64,000 bases of DNA from Desulfatiglandales bacterium (GCA_963666345.1 OY762721.1:2208001-2272000); one strand, 5' to 3'; shown: positions 9,901 through 20,063, counted from the stretch's first letter. A program made the numbers and translations. The notes: generated by a model not told the origin, from the letters alone.

Positions 9901-10572
9901 GTGAAGCGGCCATTTTTTTCTGAGCTTTTCAATGCCTTTTCTGAAATTTTCAAGATCTTTTAGGTCAGGTTTTTTCATGGCAGGGATTATTTCAATCTCA
10001 GGATGGGTTAGGCCGGCCCTGATCGATTCAAGCAGTTTTGAAGGTCTTATCCCCTTTTGAAGAAGATAGCCAATGAACTCGGGCGGTGAATCATAGACAT
10101 TTTTCCTCCAGAAGTCTTCGGCAAGGCCCTGTCTAAGACCATCCTCATTTTCAATAAAATCGGTGTCAAAGGGCTGGCCCGTCTCAAAGGCGTTTTCATT
10201 GAGCATGCGTTGACAGAAGCCATGTATGGTAAATATGGCGGCTTCATCAAGGTGTAGGATCGCCTCTCTGAGGTACATGAGGGAGCGCGGGTTACCCAGA
10301 TTGCCAGCGAGTTCGGCGATAAAGGGATCTCCGTGTGTTCCATTCTTAAAGGCATCCCTGCATTGAAGAAGGCGGCTTCTGATCCGCCCTTTCAGCTCCT
10401 CTGTGGCCGCCTTTGTAAATGTGACTACGAGAATTTCATTAACGGAAAAGCCCTTTTCAAGAATAAGTCTGAGATAGAGCGAAGTGACGGTATAGGTCTT
10501 CCCCGTGCCTGCACTTGCCTCTATAAGATTTTTCCCCTCAAGGGGGATATTCAGGGGGTCAAGCTCTTTCAT
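6928..10572 (-). CDS. recB: Exodeoxyribonuclease V beta subunit
   Basis: LIEASAGTGKT, VTFTKAATEEL, DEFQDTD, GDPKQAIYGFRGAD, TIHKSKGLEY, nuclease motif GFIDLV...VDWKSN. Start at ATG 10572 overlaps the recC stop (ATGA). Confidence 0.96.
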   Translation of the reverse strand: MKELDPLNIPLEGKNLIEASAGTGKTYTVTSLYLRLILEKGFSVNEILVVTFTKAATEELKGRIRSRLLQCRDAFKNGTHGDPFIAELAGNLGNPRSLMYLREAILHLDEAAIFTIHGFCQRMLNENAFETGQPFDTDFIENEDGLRQGLAEDFWRKNVYDSPPEFIGYLLQKGIRPSKLLESIRAGLTHPEIEIIPAMKKPDLKDLENFRKGIEKLRKKWPLHRNEVGEILRTAELNGTRYGTTKKGPGGFSKRDLKVSSWLTDMDHLLSLRLGPFPLFKDFRKLTSSVISESVKKGKAAPEHELFHICEDLNKSAEGLINECDQRILFLRTALLSYIKRNLPKEKDRTNKLSFGDLLHKIKEVIDDDGANAFLKKVRAKFKAALIDEFQDTDPVQYDIFSRIFDTGKRPLFLIGDPKQAIYGFRGADLFTYINASSKMENRYTLSSNWRSEKGLIKAINCIFSRAKRPFLFPEISFHTQRAAREKHPAPLLIEGRAEPAFRLCLIEPLEEMDDGKPLSKSEARERILAALGREISRLLSLGAKGKALLGKAPLREEHLAVLVRTNREAKMVRDMLSTLNIPSVLYSNSNLFDSPEAMDMQWILDAIGDPENESLIKRALATRALGYTGEDLEQLGEDQNKWEPIRSRFRRYYRLWKMTGFLPMFRRFIVEEKIRSRLLSLPDGERRLTNLLHLAEVLYDASLKAGIGIKGLNKWLSSQTDSDSPRLEEHQLRLESDERAIMVVTIHKSKGLEYPVVFCPFLWDGSKTNDKTILFHDRKNNNRHILDLGSSDLDTNSALARQETLSEDLRLLYVALTRAKNRCYMVWGRIKGAQTSAPSYLYYEGPSIEEMEGLFTPLKKESLRKGLSLLEKSSGRNVDISHISRDYLTKTDAFPKLQEPERLSFRDFSGSISRQWRVSSFSYLISKRSFLTELPDHDELETISEEGEKMLALSKEDTAASGIFSFPKGAKTGTFLHDLLEHLDFTSVNQAETGEIISRKLFQHGFEDSWSRTILETLESLFSAPLYCPAGSFTLSDIRMEDRLNELEFYFPLKEITPSRLKEIFKGPAGSPPLEGMDKQIERLDFSPSKGFMRGFIDLVFKRGDLFFLVDWKSNFLGPRVDDYAPELLAFEMRRNLYTLQYVIYTLALDQYLRLRLPGYRYEINFGGVYYIFLRGLDRDKRSAYGIFRDLPTPAFINSLRKDLLDLSGLLPQ

Positions 10573-13500
10573 GGGGTCTCTATCATAACCTTTGAGCGGG
10601 CCTTTAAAAGAGGTTCGTATACCTTGAGCGAAAGTTTTTCGAAATGCCTGTCCAGGGGGTCGGAATCTCCAAAACAGAGATTGAAATAAGGGTTTTCCCG
10701 TTCCCCGGGCAGAGAAAACTCCGAGCCTTCCCATCTTGAATGTGCCCTTGATAGGGCTTTATCATTTTGCATGGCCTTTTCGAGCATATCTTCGGCGTAG
10801 ACAAGTGATGAATCCGGGAAAAATTTTAGAGGCCTGACAAGCCCCTTCCAGAACAGCTCAATAAGGCCCTTAAGGGTTGTTTCGGCATCCTCATGAGGCT
10901 TATATTCCCACGTATCTTCCCTTCCGATAAGAATGCTGCTTCTGGCTGACTCTGTCCTTGCATTGAGCGCAAGATGCAGGAGCCATGTGCTCAAGTGGTC
11001 AATCGATCTGAGCCTGCCGTATCTGAAACGTATAAGCCTGCCGCCATAAACCTCATTCACCGTTGCGTTCAGTTCGAAGGCATCGAACTTAAAGATCTTT
11101 TCAACGGGTTCCCGGCGATATTCACCCGCCAGGGCCCTGAAGGTATCTATAAAAGCCAAGATATCGCTATCCATTCTTTCATAGGAGCATTCTCCCGGTT
11201 TTCCGGGAGGCAGCTTCCCTGTGGCCTGAATGTAGGAAAGAATCTCTTCCCTTTGGTGACCTTCAAACCCCTTATCAAGGATAAGCTGCTCAATCACGTA
11301 TTTTTCCAGCCCATCAAGACATAAGGGTTCTGTCTCCTTAATGCGACTGTCGTCCCTTTCAAGATATATCCCAAGCCGCTCCCTTAAAAGAAATCGGGCA
11401 GGGTTCGACAGAAAAACACTGAGCCGGTTCAGATCGACAGATCTCCATTCAGAAGAGGGTGTTGAGAGGCCTTTTCCCAGGAAAGGCCTCTGAGGCGCCC
11501 TTTGCCTGATAGCTCTTTTTGAGGCATAAAAGATGTCTCTGGAATAGCTGATAAGTTTTTCATTCCCCCTGAAATATGCGGGGCTGAAGGCCTGAAGCGG
11601 ATGTTTTGTCACCATATGATCGAACAGGTCCTTCCCCTCCATCTGAAACGCCTGCATACAATAGTCGGTCAGTTCGCTTACAAGCACACAGGGCGGAATC
11701 TCCGAATTATCCTGAAGGCCTTGCCCGATATAGCTTATATAAAAGCTCGTTCTTGCAGAGATCAGGGATTCGAGAAAGAGATACCGGTCTTCATCTCTTA
11801 GGGACCTGTCTCCCCTCTTATGGTTTTTGGCAACGATGTCGAATCCCACGACCTTTCTCTGCCTCGGGTATGCCTCGTTATGCATGCCGACCAGACAAAT
11901 GACCTTGAACGGTATACTGCGCATCGGCAGCATGGCGCAGAAGGTAACGCCTCCCGAGATAAATCCGAAAGAGGATATCCCGGCCTCCATTGAGTGTGAA
12001 AGGTACGCCTTTATGACCTCTATGTTGACGCTATCATTGAAGCATGAGAGCTGCTGCTGTCTTGACAGATCATTAAAGATGTCCCTAATCATCTGGTACT
12101 CTTTAAGAGATACCTCGTCAGGTTCGAAAAAATTCTCCAGGATTTCAATAAGAAGCCCTGCCCAATTTTCAAGGCTCATGGAACTTCCAAGGCGTGGAAC
12201 ATATGAAAACAGGGTCTCGGCAAAATGGATAAACCGACCAAGTAAAGAAGCCGTGTCCCCTTCCACCTTGTCGTATGGAAGGATTCCATCTATGGTATTT
12301 GTACCCCTTTCAGGCATGGCATAACCAAGGAGAAGCCTTTCAAGTCCGAAACGCCAGCTGTTACGGTCAAAGTAAGGAAGGCCCATTTCGTGACGGCTTG
12401 ATCCGTCTATGCCCCATCTTATGCCCGCTTGTTCCACCCAACCGGTCAAAAGGGAGATGTCCGTCTCTGAAAGGCCAAACCTTTTTCTAAGATCATCGCA
12501 TTCAAGAAGGGAGAGTATTTCATTGGAGGTAAAACGAGATCCGCTGAGTTCAAGGATAGACAGAAGCGGGCCTGTTATCTGGCCTTGCGATCGGATATTT
12601 CTGTCGGCAATGGAGAAGGGTATCCTTTTTGATTCATCATCAGGAGAGCCGAATACGGCCTGAATAAGGGAGGAATAACCTTCAATATCGGGGGTCATTA
12701 CGAGGATGTCTTGAGGCATAAGATCAGGGTCTTTTTCAAACATCAAAAGCAACCGGTCATAGAGTGTTTCCATCTCCCTTATTGGACTGTGACAAGAGTG
12801 GATCTGGATGGAATTATCATCCTCACCTACAATCCTTTTTCCCTCTGTTCCGGCGCTACCTTCAGAGAGATCAAGTATGTCTGATTGTATGAAAGAAAGC
12901 ATATCCTTTCTGTTAGAGTCCTCAAAAAGCTCTGATACCCCGCATTCAAGATCCATCATGCGGGAAAGGAAATCTTTCCCCTGTTTGCCCATGGAGGCCA
13001 GGAGGCTGTTTCCGGTTTCAATGTGAAAGTCAATGTCAGAGCTGTTTGCAGGGTCGATAGGTCTCAAAAACTGATGCCGTTCACTTTCTGAAAATATGTC
13101 GAACCAATATTCCCTGCACGGATTTAGAATAAAGAGATTAATTTCAATTAGTTTTGAAAGGGCAGAGAGGATATCAAGGTGAAATGGGGGCAGAAATGAG
13201 ACCCCGAAAACAGAGAGCCTTTTGGGGAAAACAGACGGAGAGACTTCCCCTTTGTTTATCGCCGTCAAAAAATCATGCCTGAAAGAGGCCCTGTGCCTGC
13301 CTTTGTTTTTCTCTGAAAGATACCGCCAAAGCCTTGCCTGCCAGTCTTGCTCTTTTCCCTTTTCCCAGTCCAGCAGCATCTCGGGACGAAAGACGGCATA
13401 TTGATCATAGGTATCGGCCAGGAGTTGAGAAAGCTGGAACCACTTAAGGTCTACTATGGGATCTCCCAGATAGAACCGTACGCCTTCCGCCCCTTTTTCA

Positions 13501-13814
13501 TGCATAAAGGAGGGAAGTGCCTTCATTATCTTCCATCTCAATATGGAAGGGTCAAAGGTATCCTGTTCGGGAAGATCCCCGAGGGCTGTTTTAAAGACCC
13601 GCTCCACGATTGAATTGGGGAAGGGAAAGAGGAGATTCGCGCTGACGCCATGATGGCCCGCAAGGACCATTCGAAGCCACTTTTCCATGCCCCTGCTTTG
13701 AACGACTATGATTTCAGGCTCCATTGGTGATAACACTGGCCTCAAAAGGATGCATGACAGCTTTTCCGCCAGTATCTCCAGTCGGTTACTCGTATATAGA
13801 TTGATTTTTGGCAA
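10569..13814 (-). CDS. recC: Exodeoxyribonuclease V gamma subunit
   Basis: YTSNRLEIL, NPCREYW, LLASMGKQGKDF, CHSPIREME, PMRSIPFKV, HPLQAFS. Confidence 0.96.
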   Translation of the reverse strand: MPKINLYTSNRLEILAEKLSCILLRPVLSPMEPEIIVVQSRGMEKWLRMVLAGHHGVSANLLFPFPNSIVERVFKTALGDLPEQDTFDPSILRWKIMKALPSFMHEKGAEGVRFYLGDPIVDLKWFQLSQLLADTYDQYAVFRPEMLLDWEKGKEQDWQARLWRYLSEKNKGRHRASFRHDFLTAINKGEVSPSVFPKRLSVFGVSFLPPFHLDILSALSKLIEINLFILNPCREYWFDIFSESERHQFLRPIDPANSSDIDFHIETGNSLLASMGKQGKDFLSRMMDLECGVSELFEDSNRKDMLSFIQSDILDLSEGSAGTEGKRIVGEDDNSIQIHSCHSPIREMETLYDRLLLMFEKDPDLMPQDILVMTPDIEGYSSLIQAVFGSPDDESKRIPFSIADRNIRSQGQITGPLLSILELSGSRFTSNEILSLLECDDLRKRFGLSETDISLLTGWVEQAGIRWGIDGSSRHEMGLPYFDRNSWRFGLERLLLGYAMPERGTNTIDGILPYDKVEGDTASLLGRFIHFAETLFSYVPRLGSSMSLENWAGLLIEILENFFEPDEVSLKEYQMIRDIFNDLSRQQQLSCFNDSVNIEVIKAYLSHSMEAGISSFGFISGGVTFCAMLPMRSIPFKVICLVGMHNEAYPRQRKVVGFDIVAKNHKRGDRSLRDEDRYLFLESLISARTSFYISYIGQGLQDNSEIPPCVLVSELTDYCMQAFQMEGKDLFDHMVTKHPLQAFSPAYFRGNEKLISYSRDIFYASKRAIRQRAPQRPFLGKGLSTPSSEWRSVDLNRLSVFLSNPARFLLRERLGIYLERDDSRIKETEPLCLDGLEKYVIEQLILDKGFEGHQREEILSYIQATGKLPPGKPGECSYERMDSDILAFIDTFRALAGEYRREPVEKIFKFDAFELNATVNEVYGGRLIRFRYGRLRSIDHLSTWLLHLALNARTESARSSILIGREDTWEYKPHEDAETTLKGLIELFWKGLVRPLKFFPDSSLVYAEDMLEKAMQNDKALSRAHSRWEGSEFSLPGERENPYFNLCFGDSDPLDRHFEKLSLKVYEPLLKARSKVMIETP

Positions 13815-13902
13815 GGGTAGAAAACAGATCCGAGATGATCAAAAAAGGCGCTTGATATGGCACCCTTTCTGATTTGTTAGATGCAAAGAAGTGATCATGA
13901 TC

Positions 13903-14358
13903 CTAGTCACCCATTTCAGCCATATGGTCATCGAGCATGGTTTCAAGCCTTAATTTGTGTTGTGCCTCTTCCTGTGCGAGAATCCTGAAAAGTGCCTTGT
14001 GCTCCTGTTTGTGTGTGTTTTCACTGAGATCGGAATAAAATTTGAGGGCCTTTTCCTCACGTTTTGCGGCAAGTATCAGGATATCGGAATAGGGCATACC
14101 AGGTTCATAAGTGATATCAACAAGATAGTCGGTCCTCTTTAGGTTGGGGATCTTTTCGATTTTATAATATTCAAGATTTTCTTTTGTAAAATCTTGGAGC
14201 ATACTCTGATGCCTTTTTTCCTCTTTTGCGAAGCCGCTGAAGAGGTCCTTGACGTTTGAAAACTGCCCATGTCGGCTCAATTCATCATAAAATTCAGCCG
14301 CCTCTCTTTCCTTTTCAACGGCGTAGTCCATTATTTCCTTAAATGTATCAAAATGCAT
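13903..14358 (-). CDS. Ferritin-like/rubrerythrin family protein
   Basis: Two E...E..H diiron motifs (EKEREAAEFY...EEKRH; REEKALKFY...EEAQH). Confidence 0.85.
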   Translation of the reverse strand: MHFDTFKEIMDYAVEKEREAAEFYDELSRHGQFSNVKDLFSGFAKEEKRHQSMLQDFTKENLEYYKIEKIPNLKRTDYLVDITYEPGMPYSDILILAAKREEKALKFYSDLSENTHKQEHKALFRILAQEEAQHKLRLETMLDDHMAEMGD

Positions 14359-14491
14359 TTAAACCCCCTTAATGAACATGCCTTTCCGCATGCCTTTAAA
14401 TGAGTGTGTTTCTGTCTCTGAAATAACGTATATCGGCCAGTAAAAGTCTAGGTCAAAAACGAAATTCTGTCAAAACAAACCGGCTGGAAAT

Positions 14492-15883
14492 TCAGTAGGG
14501 TGCCTTTTTCTTGGGCTTTCTGTCTCTGGGGTTCCTTTTTTCCTTTGCAGGGCCTGAATTTTTCTGTTGCGGGACCTTGACCGTTTTCCCATGGCGCCTT
14601 GAGTCTGAAACATGACTTCTTTTTCCTTTATAGCCTTTTCTGGGACCCCTGCCTCTGATTCTTCTCTGATCGGGGAGAACAGGTCCTGCGGTGTCTTCCT
14701 TGAACCAATCATCCTCCGGCCAGACAACCGGAAGCTTTTCTCCGGACATTTCCTCCAAGGCCTCAAGATGCCGGACATATTCCTCGCAGGCAAAGGACAG
14801 GGCCCTGCCCTTTTTTCCTGCCCTGGCGGTTCGGCCTATCCTGTGGACGTAGTTTTCAGGATCCTGAGGCAGATCGTAATTTATTACATGGCTTATGTCC
14901 TCGACATGTATGCCCCTTGATGCAACGTCCGTCGCAACCAAGATTTTTGTGGTTCCCTGCTTGAAATGCTTCATCAAGCTGAGTCTCTTTGACTGGTGCA
15001 GATCTCCCGTTATTCCTGCTGCCGGCAGGCCGTTTCCGATCAGTTTTTTAGCCAGCCATTCTACCCCCGCCTTTGTGTTTACAAATATGAGGACCCTTGT
15101 CCAGTCCTCCCGTTCCAGAAGCCCCAGGAGCAGAGGCAGTTTGTCTTCCCTGCCGACATGAAACAGTGCCTGATCAACTCCGGCAACCGTGACTTCCCTT
15201 GGTGTTACGGATATTACCTCCGGCAGGTTGATGAATTCATAGGTAAGCTCCATAACCCTGTATGAAAGGGTCGCGGAAAAGAGCATGGATTGTCTTTTTT
15301 CATAATTGGGCAGTTTTCGAAGGATATATCTCATATCCTTTGTAAATCCGAGATCAAAAAGGCGGTCCGCCTCATCTATGACAAGGATTTTTATCCCCGA
15401 GGTCTTAAAGACCCCCTTTTTTATGTAATCGATTATCCTGCCGGGGGTGCAGATCACTATATCAGCCCCCTGTTTAAGTCTTTCGGCCTGCTTTAGGTAA
15501 TCGATCCCACCTACTACCTGTGTAATCCTGAGCCGGGTAAAGCGACCCAGTTCAACTGCATCGTCATGGATTTGAATCGCCAGTTCTCTTGTGGGGGCAA
15601 CGATAAGGGCGGTAGGTCTCAACCTGGCCTGTTCGGGCAGGTTGAGAAGTCTGTGAAAGACAGTTACAAGAAATGCAGCTGTCTTTCCCGTACCTGTCTG
15701 TGCCTGTCCGGCCACGTCTTTACCTGATAGAGAGATGGGAAGCGTTTGTGCCTGTATCGGAGTGCAGTTCTTGAATCCGGCCTCATTCAGACCGCGAAGG
15801 ACCTCCTCCTGCAGATGAAAATCATCAAAGGTCGTATCAGTAAGAAAAGAAGGTAAAGGGGGCTGCTTCAATGAGAAATCCAT
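14492..15883 (-). CDS. rhlB: DEAD-box RNA helicase, RhlB-like
   Basis: CTPIQA, AQTGTGKT, PTRELA, DEAD, SAT, HRIGRTAR; basic C-terminal tail. Symbol tentative. Confidence 0.85.
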   Translation of the reverse strand: MDFSLKQPPLPSFLTDTTFDDFHLQEEVLRGLNEAGFKNCTPIQAQTLPISLSGKDVAGQAQTGTGKTAAFLVTVFHRLLNLPEQARLRPTALIVAPTRELAIQIHDDAVELGRFTRLRITQVVGGIDYLKQAERLKQGADIVICTPGRIIDYIKKGVFKTSGIKILVIDEADRLFDLGFTKDMRYILRKLPNYEKRQSMLFSATLSYRVMELTYEFINLPEVISVTPREVTVAGVDQALFHVGREDKLPLLLGLLEREDWTRVLIFVNTKAGVEWLAKKLIGNGLPAAGITGDLHQSKRLSLMKHFKQGTTKILVATDVASRGIHVEDISHVINYDLPQDPENYVHRIGRTARAGKKGRALSFACEEYVRHLEALEEMSGEKLPVVWPEDDWFKEDTAGPVLPDQRRIRGRGPRKGYKGKRSHVSDSRRHGKTVKVPQQKNSGPAKEKRNPRDRKPKKKAPY

Positions 15884-16035
15884 GGAAGATATATTAATGG
15901 TTGATCCTTAAATGAAAATAACATGTATCTGATTATAGATTAAATGACCAAAAGATCAACCTATTCCTGCCCTGATCCACCATTAAGGAGTTATATCGGG
16001 CCGATAGATCATATGCTGCAATCGTCGCCCCTTTG

Positions 16036-16143
16036 ATCCCGCTTTCAGCGGGCCCGCAATGACGAAAGATGAAGCATAACTGTTCGGCCTGGCTGACTCA
16101 GGGCAGTGAGTTTATCGAACGGCGGTTGGTCTTTTTAAGAAGC
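16036..16143 (-). repeat. REP/MITE-like dispersed repeat, copy B
   Basis: Reverse complement GCTTCTTAAAAAGACCAACCGCCGTTCGATAAACTCA...CAGTTATGCTTCATCTTTCGTCATTGCGGGCCCGCTGAAAGCGGGAT matches 5868-6000. Confidence 0.8.
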
Positions 16144-16250
16144 AGTAATTATTAGGTGCTGAAAATGGATAGAAGTAAAAGCAGAAGTTCTGCAATGCAC
16201 AGATCGCATCTGCTTAGTGTGTATCTGATTTGAAGACAGGGAAAAGACTT

Positions 16251-16877
16251 TTACCATATAACCGCATTGCGCCTTTTCTCAAGCCAGCGGCTTTGTGCGT
16301 GTGTCAGGTTTCCTATTTGTTCCTTGATCCAGTGCAGGTCCCCTGTAAGGAGACTCAATTTTTCAGGGCCGGTAAGTTCATATTCTTCAAGGGCGTCCGC
16401 ACCATGATACTGGATGTATTCGCCGAATTCCTCATCCTCTGCGGTTCTTTCGAGCACCTTCAGGAATTCTTCCTTGTGTATGAGGCGCTGTTCTTCAGGA
16501 GACGCCCTGTCGGCGTTTTTTATTGCGGCCTCCGCTGAATCCAAAAGCTCCTCCGGATTAAGCGGCTTTTCCAGATAATCCGCCGCTCCAAGCCGCATTG
16601 CCTGAACCGCCGTTTTTACGGTAGAATAACCGGTTATGATAATGACAGGCAGCCTGGGTTTAAGACGCTTTATGTCTCGTAAGACCTTCATGCCGCCTAT
16701 CTCAGGCATTCGTATATCTGTGAACACAAGATCAAAATCAGACATCAAGGCCATTTCAAGCCCTTTTCTGCTGCTAAGGGCCCCTTCCACACTATAGCCT
16801 TTTGCAGATAGTATGGTACCTATAGTGTCAACCATCATCTGCTCGTCATCGATTATAAGGGCCTTTTTGCTTTCCAT
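16251..16877 (-). CDS. Response regulator (REC plus small helical C-terminal domain)
   Basis: ALIIDDE...LVFTDIRMP...ITGY...YLEKP; AAGGAG RBS before ATG 16877 (ORF track start 16931). Confidence 0.85.
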   Translation of the reverse strand: MESKKALIIDDEQMMVDTIGTILSAKGYSVEGALSSRKGLEMALMSDFDLVFTDIRMPEIGGMKVLRDIKRLKPRLPVIIITGYSTVKTAVQAMRLGAADYLEKPLNPEELLDSAEAAIKNADRASPEEQRLIHKEEFLKVLERTAEDEEFGEYIQYHGADALEEYELTGPEKLSLLTGDLHWIKEQIGNLTHAQSRWLEKRRNAVIW

Positions 16878-16929
16878 CTCTTCCAACTCCTTACCCAGAA
16901 GCGGATTTTTGTAATGAAAAGGTGCGGTC

Positions 16930-16963
16930 AAAAAACGGGGGAAGGTGAATATGCCCTCCCGTT
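16930..16963 (-). terminator. Putative intrinsic terminator between the CBS-ACT gene and the response regulator
   Basis: Minus strand AACGGGAGGG-CATATTCA-CCTTCCCCCGTT followed by a T run. Confidence 0.45.
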
Positions 16964-17224
16964 ATTCAATTCTGCAAATCTCAAGCCAAGACAGGATAAA
17001 TGCCGTCAGCATATTAACCGACTGATAATATTGATTAACAGATTCTCTGCGAAGGGATGGCCGATTTTGATGGAGGAAGAAATGTCAGAAAATTTTACAG
17101 CCTGTAAACAGAAAACAGATGAAAAAGATGAATTCGCAAAAGGTGAGAACCGAGACGGTGCATCGGAAAGTCCGTCCGCGGGGACGGGCAGCCGGCCTTT
17201 CTACAAAGCCGCTGAATATATGTT

Positions 17225-17893
17225 TTAAATTGTCTTAATAGGATCCTTTATGACATAGAGGAGCATGAAATTTCTGTCCAGTTTTTCCGTGAGCCTTTTC
17301 AGTGTTTTTCCCTTGAGTGTCGCGATTCTTATGAAGACATGTCTGTATCCCTCGTCCGCAGTGTCCTTTGTGCTGAGTATGCTTACAATCTGGCCGTTTT
17401 CCTCCCTTATAACATCTGCAACTTCTTTTATGCTTCCGGCCCTGTCTTCAAGGTTGAAGGCGAATTGAACGCCTCTCTGGTATATCCCGGTAATGGAAAT
17501 CATTACCCTGAAGACGTCACCCATTGTAATGATGCCGATAACCTTGAAATCTTCGGATACGACCGGGATGCCTGTTACCTTGCGCTCCAGCATTTTTACC
17601 GCCGCAACTTCCACTGTGTCGGAGGGGCTTAGAACGATCGGTTCCTTCTTCATTATATCTGAAGCCTTGAGCTCGCCCAGAAACCTGTACAGTTCTCTCG
17701 CATTCATGTTTATTTTCTTGGAAGGTGAGGCCTCTTTAACTTCATTGTCCGTTATCAGCCCGACAAGTGCACCTTTTCTGATGACAGGCAGATGCCCGAT
17801 GCCGTTTTCATCGAATATCCGGATAACCTCTATAACCGGAGTCTGTTCGTCCACTGTAATGATTTCCCGGCTCATCCAGTTCTGTACTTGCAC
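17225..17893 (-). CDS. CBS pair plus ACT domain protein (AcuB family)
   Basis: MQVQNWMS, HLPVI...LVGLIT, KEASPS, second CBS, C-terminal ACT (EDRAGSIKEVADVI). Confidence 0.85.
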   Translation of the reverse strand: MQVQNWMSREIITVDEQTPVIEVIRIFDENGIGHLPVIRKGALVGLITDNEVKEASPSKKINMNARELYRFLGELKASDIMKKEPIVLSPSDTVEVAAVKMLERKVTGIPVVSEDFKVIGIITMGDVFRVMISITGIYQRGVQFAFNLEDRAGSIKEVADVIREENGQIVSILSTKDTADEGYRHVFIRIATLKGKTLKRLTEKLDRNFMLLYVIKDPIKTI

Positions 17894-18134
17894 GGATTTT
17901 TCTCCTTTCCTTTTTTCTGCAAAGCAGGCTGTCTGTTAGGCTGGTTTCCACCGTAAAATGGCTGTCTTTCACAATCCCGGCGTGAATCTGCATGATCAAT
18001 TGCGCGAATTGATACGGATACCGGGAAGAAGTGCCCAGGTTAGAAACTGTCTTATTATGTTAATCCAAGGCGAATGTGGCATCAATCTCTTTTTGTACAT
18101 TGACTGGTCGGGCATCAAAATCTATATTCACCAT

Positions 18135-20063
18135 ATGTCGCATATACCCAGCATTCAGGATGTTTTAGGCCCAGGCGGCCTGTTGGCCAACTCAATGGAT
18201 AGCTTTGAGGTGCGCACATCCCAGATTGAAATGGCCCATATGATCGCCGGTTGTCTGGAAAATGGTCTCTCAGCTGTTGCAGAGGCGGGAACAGGCACGG
18301 GAAAAACACTTGGATATCTGGTGCCGATTATTCTGAGCGGCCAAAAGGCCATCATCTCAACGGGTACCAAGAATCTTCAGGAACAGATTTATTTCAAGGA
18401 CGTGCCTTTGCTGAGAGAGGTCTTTCCTTTTCAAATCGACGCTATGCTGATGAAGGGTAGAAGTAATTACCTTTGTCTTTACCGGTATCACCAATATTTT
18501 TCGCGGCCGTCGCTTTTCAAGGATTCAAAGGGCAAATTAAGGAAAAAGATCGACAGATGGATAGAGAAAACAGAATTTGCCGACAGGGCTGAGCTTCCCT
18601 GGCTAAGAGACGATGATCCCCTTTGGGATTCTATCTCTTCGACAACCGAACAGTGTGTCGGAGGAGATTGCCCCTTTTACGAGGATTGCTTTTTGAATCG
18701 TCTCAGAGCAAGGGCTGCGCAGTCAAGGCTGATAATCGTGAACCATCATCTATTTTGTGCCGACATAAAGCTTAAGATGGATGGTTTCGGCGAAATAATT
18801 CCCAGATTTCAGGCGGCTGTCTTTGATGAGGCGCATGAATTTGAAGATATCTGCTCCTCTCATCTTGGAGAAAGACTGGGCACAAAGCAGCTTTTGGATC
18901 TGGCAATGGATTGGGAAGACAGTGTGAGGTCCTTTAAGGGTGAAGCGCGGTCACTTGTCATGCCTGCAATTTTGGAGATAAACGGGGGAGTTGAAGGTTT
19001 AAGATCATATTTTGAGAAAAAAAAAGACAGGGACAGGATGCATGAAACGGTCCTTTTGGAATTAAATGAAGGGCCTGTGAGAGTCATAAAATCAGGGCTT
19101 GATAAGCTGAGTAGAAAAGCCCTTGAAAAACGTTCCTCTTTTCAACCGCTAATCAGAAGGGCCGAGGACCTGAAGTGTTGTTTGGAGAAGATCTTCAGCA
19201 CGAGAGGCAATGACTGGCTCAACTGGTATGAAAGGCGAAGCAAAAGTATACTGTTTTACGCCTCTCCGCTCAATGTGTCCGATATACTCAATGAGGCCCT
19301 CTACGAAAGAGTGAAGACAGTGATATATACATCGGCAACGCTTGCTACCGCAGGCAACTTTGAATTTATGCGATCACGCCTTGGGCTTCATAAAGAAATA
19401 AAGGAAGCCATATACCCCTCACATTTCGATTTTTCGAATCAGACGCTTCTCTATATACCCGAGGACCTTCCTCTCCCTGTTCAATCCGGTTTTCCGGATG
19501 AGGTTTCCAAGCGGGCACTGGAGGTCTTTCTGATTACTCAAGGCAGGGCGCTTTTGCTTTTTACAAGCAAGAAAAATATGAATCTGGCCTATTCTTATCT
19601 GAAAGAGAAGATACCCTATTCTATCTTCCTGCAGGGTGATGCGCCAAGGACCGTGCTTCTGGAAAGATTCAGAGAGGATGTCCACTCCGTACTGCTGGCG
19701 ACAGGCTCTTTCTGGCAGGGGGTGGATGTGCCGGGAGAATCTTTGAGTTGCCTTATAGTGGATAAACTTCCCTTTGATTCGCCGTCGGATCCCCTTGTCG
19801 CGGCAAAGATAGACTCGATCCGTGCCGGGGGCGGAAACCCTTTTATGGAATATCAGTTGCCTTCCGCCATAATCGCCTTGAAGCAGGGCCTTGGCAGGCT
19901 CGTTAGGAAAAACAGCGACCGGGGAGTCCTTTCTGTAATGGATTCGAGGATCCTGACCAGCAGATACGGAAGGTTTTTTATTGAAAGTCTGCCTGAGATG
20001 CCGATAAGCCATGATCTGGAAGACATAAAAAGATTCTTCTCCTCATCAGGTACACCTGATTAA
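18135..20063 (+). CDS. DinG/YoaA-family Fe-S DNA helicase
   Basis: EAGTGTGKT, KGRSNYLC, C...CP..EDC Fe-S cysteines, VNHHL, DEAH, SAT, QGLGRLVR; start moved to ATG 18135. Confidence 0.9.
   Translation: MSHIPSIQDVLGPGGLLANSMDSFEVRTSQIEMAHMIAGCLENGLSAVAEAGTGTGKTLGYLVPIILSGQKAIISTGTKNLQEQIYFKDVPLLREVFPFQIDAMLMKGRSNYLCLYRYHQYFSRPSLFKDSKGKLRKKIDRWIEKTEFADRAELPWLRDDDPLWDSISSTTEQCVGGDCPFYEDCFLNRLRARAAQSRLIIVNHHLFCADIKLKMDGFGEIIPRFQAAVFDEAHEFEDICSSHLGERLGTKQLLDLAMDWEDSVRSFKGEARSLVMPAILEINGGVEGLRSYFEKKKDRDRMHETVLLELNEGPVRVIKSGLDKLSRKALEKRSSFQPLIRRAEDLKCCLEKIFSTRGNDWLNWYERRSKSILFYASPLNVSDILNEALYERVKTVIYTSATLATAGNFEFMRSRLGLHKEIKEAIYPSHFDFSNQTLLYIPEDLPLPVQSGFPDEVSKRALEVFLITQGRALLLFTSKKNMNLAYSYLKEKIPYSIFLQGDAPRTVLLERFREDVHSVLLATGSFWQGVDVPGESLSCLIVDKLPFDSPSDPLVAAKIDSIRAGGGNPFMEYQLPSAIIALKQGLGRLVRKNSDRGVLSVMDSRILTSRYGRFFIESLPEMPISHDLEDIKRFFSSSGTPD

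Noticed and set aside
10573..10734. N-terminal extension of RecB in the ORF track
   Set aside because: Overlaps the recC 3' end; ATG 10572 gives a normal RecB N terminus with ATGA coupling
16914..17228. 104 aa plus-strand ORF
   Set aside because: No motifs, antisense to both neighbours, and runs through hairpin-rich intergenic sequence
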